Shown here in pieces: positions 23,181 to 27,695 of a stretch of DNA of 27,695 nt. The DNA is taken from positions 1 to 27,695 of the IMG/VR virus record IMGVR_UViG_3300046817_000471; one strand, given 5' to 3'. The first letter of the stretch is position 1, and each line of letters opens with the position of its first letter. Source of the DNA: a virus. Its lineage: Duplodnaviria; Caudoviricetes. The notes beneath the pieces are model-generated. The model was not told the origin of the DNA, made no database searches, and saw only the letters and a program-made list of their open reading frames with translations. The position numbers were made by a program, and so were the translations under genes.

Positions 23181-24713
23181 ATGGCAGACTGGTTTGTGAG
23201 TAGCGCGGCCTACGCCGGGCTCACGGCGTTCGTGGCGAGCCACGCCTACAGCATCGGCGACATCGTCGTGCCGACCGCGCCCGCGCTCAAAGCCAAGTGG
23301 GTATTTAGGGTTACAACAGCGGGCACCAGCAGCACCGAGCCGACATGGCCGACCGCGAACAACGCGACGATCACGACAGGCGGCGCGACCTTTACCAACG
23401 TCACCGGGCAGAGCACCTACGGCTGGGGCGCGGCGGCGGGCGATCTCCCGACGCTGCTAGGCGCGGTTGGCACGTTCCGTTTTACGAGCGGCGACCGTCT
23501 GTTTGTTTCTAGCGATCACAGCGAGACGCAGACAACCGCGGTGACTTATGGCAGTAGTACAGGTCCGTCCCAAACTTACGCTTCCGGCCAGATTTTGAGT
23601 GTCAACCGAGCGGGTAGCGTGCCACCAGTCGCCGCTGATCTGTTGGCGGGCGCCACCTGCACGGCCAGCGGGGTGAACCTGACTTTCGAGGCGGTGTTTC
23701 CAGTTTATCATTACGGCATCACATATGTCGCGGCGAACACCTTTGGAATATTCTTTAGCAATGCGGCGTCCAAGCCGATGTATTTCGACGCCTGCCAGTT
23801 CTATCTGAGCGGTGCGAATTCCAACCAGAGGCTCAACACCGGCGCGGCTTGCGCTATCTTACTTAACAACACCACATTGCGACTTTCCCATGTGAATCAT
23901 GGATTTAGTTCTAGCAATGTCGGGCCGATGGAAGTGATCTGGCTCAACACGCCTGGCGCGATCATTGGCACGGCTCCCACCAATTTGTTCAGCACGGGAT
24001 CAAATAATTACGTGTTGCTTATGACGTTGCGCGGTGTCGATCTCAGTGCCGTGACGGCGGGGCCTCTCGCAGTAAATGGCGGCGCCAAGGCGCCCTTCAA
24101 AATTCTAATGGACAGTTGCCGTATTGCCAGCGCGGTTGCCCGCTATACTCCGGGCAGCGTCACCATCAGTAACGATCTGATAGAACTCATCAATTGCTAC
24201 GATGGCACGAACATCATCAACGAGAGCTACCAGCCGGCGGGGTCGGTGGTCACCGAGCGCACGATTACCTTGAGCGGCGGAGCCACCGACGACGTCGGCG
24301 TCTTCAGCCACAAGCTGGTCAGCAACACGAACATCGACAAATACGTCCAGCCGCTTACCGGCTTCTGGATGGACCTGGAGAACACCGCGGTCGGATCGAG
24401 CAAGACGGCGACCGTCGAGATCATCAGCAGCTTGACGCTCAATAACGACGATGTCTCGCTGCTGCTCGAATATCAGGGCACGACGGGATCGAGCGTCGCC
24501 AGCTTTGCGAACACCTTGCCCGCCAACGTGCTGACCGCTAACGCCGCCGTGACGACCTCGACCGCGACGTGGAACAGCTCGCCGGCGACGCCGCAGAAGC
24601 AGAAGCTCGTCGTCACCTTCACGCCGCAGGTCGCCGGCCGGGTGCGCGGCCAGGTGCGGTTGGGGCGGGCCAGCACCACGGTCTATCTAAATCCGCTAAT
24701 CACGATCGCCTGA
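23181..24713 (+). CDS. Putative tail spike/receptor-binding protein
   Basis: N-terminal ASHAYSIGDIVVP...FRVTTAGTS..EPTWPT module; Asn/Ser/Thr-rich beta-helix-like centre with lower GC; beta-sandwich C-terminus. Confidence 0.7.
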   Translation: MADWFVSSAAYAGLTAFVASHAYSIGDIVVPTAPALKAKWVFRVTTAGTSSTEPTWPTANNATITTGGATFTNVTGQSTYGWGAAAGDLPTLLGAVGTFRFTSGDRLFVSSDHSETQTTAVTYGSSTGPSQTYASGQILSVNRAGSVPPVAADLLAGATCTASGVNLTFEAVFPVYHYGITYVAANTFGIFFSNAASKPMYFDACQFYLSGANSNQRLNTGAACAILLNNTTLRLSHVNHGFSSSNVGPMEVIWLNTPGAIIGTAPTNLFSTGSNNYVLLMTLRGVDLSAVTAGPLAVNGGAKAPFKILMDSCRIASAVARYTPGSVTISNDLIELINCYDGTNIINESYQPAGSVVTERTITLSGGATDDVGVFSHKLVSNTNIDKYVQPLTGFWMDLENTAVGSSKTATVEIISSLTLNNDDVSLLLEYQGTTGSSVASFANTLPANVLTANAAVTTSTATWNSSPATPQKQKLVVTFTPQVAGRVRGQVRLGRASTTVYLNPLITIA

Positions 24714-24714
24714 T

Positions 24715-25401
24715 ATGGCGACCGGCGTCCTCTCCGGTTCCAGGGCGGGCGCCGGCTCTGCGGTATCGACCACCGTAGGCAGCGGCACATTCCAGATCGC
24801 CGGCGTCGGCACGGTCCAGACGCCGGTTGTGCATATCAGTCTCAGCGCTTCGCTCCGCGCTTCGTCGCAAGCTGCCGCCGCCCTTACCGTTACACTCCCG
24901 CCACCGTTGGCGTTGGCCTACGTCGTAAGCACATCGAGGCCAGGCGCTGGCTCGACGGTTGCGACGCCTCCGCGGGTCGGGTCGCTATGGGATGCCGGCG
25001 CGAGCATCTGGGACGGGGGCTCAAGTCCGTGGGACCGAGCCGCGGGGATCGCCTATCACGTTCCTGGGATCGGTATCGTCGGGCGGGCGCTTCCGGGGGT
25101 TCCGCAAGTAACCCTCGGCGCCACGCTCACCGCGACAAGCCACGCAAGGGCAGCGCTGCCCGGCCTGCACATCACGCTCGCCGGGCAGATCGGGGCCACC
25201 TCCAGGGCGTCGGCGCGGCTGCCGAGCACGATATCGCTGGCCGGGCGGATCACCGCACAGGCGAAGGCGCAGCTTGTGACGGCATCCACCCGTCCGGTGA
25301 TGCAGGGCGCAATCCGCGGGACGAGCAGCGGCAGGGCGGCCGCGGTCGTCACGGCGCCCGGCACGCGCTCGAAGCAGACCGAGATTTCGATCATCACATA
25401 G
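24715..25401 (+). CDS. Repeat-rich virion protein
   Basis: About 20-aa repeats (ISLSASLRASSQAAAAL, VTLGATLTATSHARAAL, ITLAGQIGATSRASARL, ISLAGRITAQAKAQL); fills the gap between fibre genes. Confidence 0.65.
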   Translation: MATGVLSGSRAGAGSAVSTTVGSGTFQIAGVGTVQTPVVHISLSASLRASSQAAAALTVTLPPPLALAYVVSTSRPGAGSTVATPPRVGSLWDAGASIWDGGSSPWDRAAGIAYHVPGIGIVGRALPGVPQVTLGATLTATSHARAALPGLHITLAGQIGATSRASARLPSTISLAGRITAQAKAQLVTASTRPVMQGAIRGTSSGRAAAVVTAPGTRSKQTEISIIT

Positions 25402-25414
25402 AGGGAGCGACGCG

Positions 25415-26404
25415 ATGGCATCCGCGATCGACGCCACGAAGCCGGTTGCCGGCAGTCCGACGACGCAATCCGTCCGTGATAATTTCGCGACCGCGGCGTC
25501 GGAAATTACGGCGCTGCAAGCTGCCGCGACGAGCCTCGCGCCGCTCGCCAGCCCGACCTTTACCGGCGACCCAAAGGCACCGACGCCGGCGACTGCCGAT
25601 AGCGACACCTCAATCGCCACCACGGCATATGTTCAAGCTCAGGGGTACGCCACCGCTGTTTCGATGACAGCCGCCGACAATCTTCGGGTGCTCAAGGCGG
25701 GCGACGCGATTAGCGGCGGGTTGACCGTGGCCGGCAATGTCGGCATCGGCACGACGACGCCGGGCGCCCCGCTGCATGTTGGCGCTACGGCGACAAGCGG
25801 CGGCGCCGAGACGCTGGCGGCGACCGGGATCGTCAGTATTCCGGCGGACACCTATGCGGGCCTGGTGGTGCAGCGGTCAGGCGTGGTCAATCCAGAAGTG
25901 TTAACTATTGGGGTCAATCAGGCGGGCCTATACGGCGAAATCCAGACGGCGCAGAACAGCGTTGCCGTCAACACGCTATACCTCAACCGGCAAGGCGGCG
26001 GCGTCCTCATCGGTAGCCCGGCCGGAGGTAGCAAGGGCACTGGCACCATCAATGCGACGCAGGTTTACGCGGCGGGCGTGCTGCTGACCAGCGATGCCGA
26101 TCTGAAGACCGACATCGCGCCGCTGCCGTCCTGCCTGCCTTTGATCGCTGAGATTGAGCCGAAGTCTTTTCGCTGGAAGCCGCTGCCGGAACCAGATGGC
26201 GACATCCCCGGCGCGGGAAGCATGCCGCCAGGGTTCGCCGAGCGTCTCAATCGAGGGTTTCTCGCGCAGGACGTTGCCAAGGTTCTTGGCGGAAAGGCCG
26301 AGGATGGCGTCGATCTTGGCAGTATGGTCGCGGTGTTATGGGCCGCGGTGAAGGAGTTGAACGCCAAGGTTGATGCGCTGAGCGCTCCGAGCAAGGCGCG
26401 CTGA
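25415..26404 (+). CDS. Tail fibre with a C-terminal peptidase S74 intramolecular chaperone
   Basis: LAPLASPTFTGDPKAPTP...IATTAYV fibre repeat, GNVGIGTTTP, then SDADLKTDI...PKSFRWK...GFLAQDV...AVKEL; GGGAG RBS. Confidence 0.88.
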   Translation: MASAIDATKPVAGSPTTQSVRDNFATAASEITALQAAATSLAPLASPTFTGDPKAPTPATADSDTSIATTAYVQAQGYATAVSMTAADNLRVLKAGDAISGGLTVAGNVGIGTTTPGAPLHVGATATSGGAETLAATGIVSIPADTYAGLVVQRSGVVNPEVLTIGVNQAGLYGEIQTAQNSVAVNTLYLNRQGGGVLIGSPAGGSKGTGTINATQVYAAGVLLTSDADLKTDIAPLPSCLPLIAEIEPKSFRWKPLPEPDGDIPGAGSMPPGFAERLNRGFLAQDVAKVLGGKAEDGVDLGSMVAVLWAAVKELNAKVDALSAPSKAR

Positions 26405-26410
26405 CGGCGG

Positions 26411-27022
26411 ATGCCTGACGACCGGCCGTCCGGTCTTCTCGCCCAGGTTCTCGCTTATGTCGACCGCCCCTGGCGCGTCGTCGCCATCGTTGTGCTCTTC
26501 CTGGTCGGCGGCGCGGGATGGATCGTGTACGAGCAGCGCGACGAGCTGTTCGAGGCGTGGCTCACGCCCTCGGCGGTAGCGCTCAACACGGCGGCAGTCC
26601 CGGCGGCGCTCGAAAAGCTGGTCGAGGACTCGGACGCCGACCTCGTCCAGATTTGGAGCGTCGACCTCTCGGTGAACTCTCAGCGCTTCATCGCCGCCCG
26701 GCGGAAAGACGGCGAGCGCCCGGTGATCCCCGAGCCCCGCCGCCTGCCGCTGATCGTGCGGGCGACCGATCTGCAAGTGCTGGTCGACGTGATCAACGGG
26801 CACCCAGCGTGCGCGGACCTGACCCTCGCCGCGCCCTCGCCCGTGGTTCATCGCCTCGCCGAGAGGGGAATGCAGCGCGGCTGCGCGATCCCCATACCGC
26901 CGAACCCTGCCGCCTTCGTCGGCGTGATCTATGTCGCATGGCTGAAGCCGCCCGATCGGAGCGCCGAGGAGGTCGCGGTCGGCGCGGCGCGCGAGATCGC
27001 GGCGACCCTGGTCAGGCGTTGA
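26411..27022 (+). CDS. Single-TM membrane protein with a GAF-like C-terminal domain; holin candidate
   Basis: TM segment VVAIVVLFLVGGAGWIVY, then ADLVQIWSVDL...GCAIPIPP....FVGVIYVAW...helix (GAF-like topology); last gene of the late operon. Confidence 0.6.
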   Translation: MPDDRPSGLLAQVLAYVDRPWRVVAIVVLFLVGGAGWIVYEQRDELFEAWLTPSAVALNTAAVPAALEKLVEDSDADLVQIWSVDLSVNSQRFIAARRKDGERPVIPEPRRLPLIVRATDLQVLVDVINGHPACADLTLAAPSPVVHRLAERGMQRGCAIPIPPNPAAFVGVIYVAWLKPPDRSAEEVAVGAAREIAATLVRR

Positions 27023-27025
27023 TAA

Positions 27026-27421
27026 TCACCGGACGAGCGAGCACGACGGCTCCCAGTGATTCTTTTGCCAATGATCCGGCCCGCAGACCTCGAACGCACC
27101 AGGCGGCCATCCTGTTTTCTGTGCCGTTCTGGCTCTCGCCCGCTCCCAAGCGGCCGCATCGAATGGGTAAAACGTTGGCTCGCGAGACACCGGGTCCGGT
27201 TCCGGCTTCGGCTGTTCCTTCTCGGTCGTCTGCGTGCTGCACGCGGCATCGATTCCGCCCGACGCGCAAATCTGTTTGGTTGTCGAGTAGGGCGTCTCAT
27301 ATGTCGAGCTGCACGCATACACTCCGCGATCCCAATAGCACCGCGTTTTGCCTGACTCGTCAGCGTGAGCGAGTCCGGGCACGGCGCAGATCGCCATCGC
27401 CGCAATCAATGTTCTCTTCAC
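27026..27421 (-). CDS. Secreted Cys-rich protein (131 aa), moron-like
   Basis: GTG 27421 with AAGGGA RBS; signal peptide MKRTLIAAMAICAVPGLAHA/D; six Cys in the mature part. Confidence 0.75.
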   Translation of the reverse strand: MKRTLIAAMAICAVPGLAHADESGKTRCYWDRGVYACSSTYETPYSTTKQICASGGIDAACSTQTTEKEQPKPEPDPVSREPTFYPFDAAAWERARARTAQKTGWPPGAFEVCGPDHWQKNHWEPSCSLVR

Positions 27422-27609
27422 GTCGAAATTCCCTTGCACAAACGCCTTGCGGGGAAGCGCGCGGCAGCCCGTGCAAGGAGACCGGGGGTTCGGGAGCTAC
27501 CCTAGCCGCGCTCCCGATACTTGGCGGCTGGCGCCGCCGCCCGCTTGATAGACCCGGCCAAAAACTTGATAGTTAGCGCGCCGGGCTAGTAGCCACGATG
27601 TCGGCGCGG

Positions 27610-27693
27610 TCATTCGTAATCTTCCCAATCAGTGGCGATCTCGTACGCGAGGTCTTGGATGAACTCGTTCACCTCAACCAGCGGATCGCGTCC
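27610..27693 (-). CDS. Possible 3' end of a gene entering from the right edge
   Basis: Minus frame reads GRDPLVEVNEFIQDLAYEIATDWEDYE*; too short to identify. Confidence 0.35.
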   Translation of the reverse strand, partial: GRDPLVEVNEFIQDLAYEIATDWEDYE

Positions 27694-27695
27694 AA

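Larger units (their letters stand above)
108..27022 (+). mobile_element. Siphophage-type (pro)phage segment: replication, packaging, head, tail and fibre modules; ends not visible
   Basis: Co-oriented genes, many with ATGA/GTGA overlaps; recognisable terminase, HK97 protease/capsid, portal, tail tube, tape measure and S74 fibre. No tail sheath, so a non-contractile tail. No att site or integrase in the window. Confidence 0.95.

Noticed and set aside
21528-26404. Diversity-generating retroelement or invertible fibre cassette
   Set aside because: No reverse transcriptase, invertase, template/variable repeat pair or inverted fibre fragments seen by eye.
26518-27576. 352-aa + strand ORF overlapping the last two genes
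   Set aside because: Arg/Pro-rich alternative-frame translation with no motif; it conflicts with two better ORFs.
1-27695. tRNA, rRNA or CRISPR array
   Set aside because: Intergenic gaps are short, and no cloverleaf or regularly spaced repeat was seen; a covariance-model scan was not run.

Overview
One GC-rich, temperate-looking siphophage or prophage segment, almost entirely on the + strand. The host is probably an alphaproteobacterium (GapR/DUF2312-like, DUF1376-like and DUF6456-like genes). Left to right: a replication/early module (DUF1376-like initiator, KilA-N, GapR-like protein with an AT-hook, VRR-NUC-like nuclease, small ORFs); a DUF6456-like late regulator followed by a -35 box and an intrinsic terminator; HNH-terS-terL packaging genes; a fused HK97 prohead protease/major capsid gene placed before the portal; Ig-like and collagen-like genes; neck genes; tail tube; tail chaperone with a -1 frameshift site; tape measure; tail tip; a long run of fibre/adhesin genes ending in an S74-chaperone fibre; a single-TM holin-like gene; and a convergent secreted Cys-rich gene. 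No integrase, repressor, endolysin, tRNA or CRISPR array is visible. The most striking observation is that the tail tube protein (13278-13838) looks circularly permuted relative to the usual tail tube motif order. In addition, several structural proteins (tail terminator, tail hub, one fibre-associated protein) appear to carry inserted beta-rich modules. All family calls come from motif recognition by eye; no searches were run.
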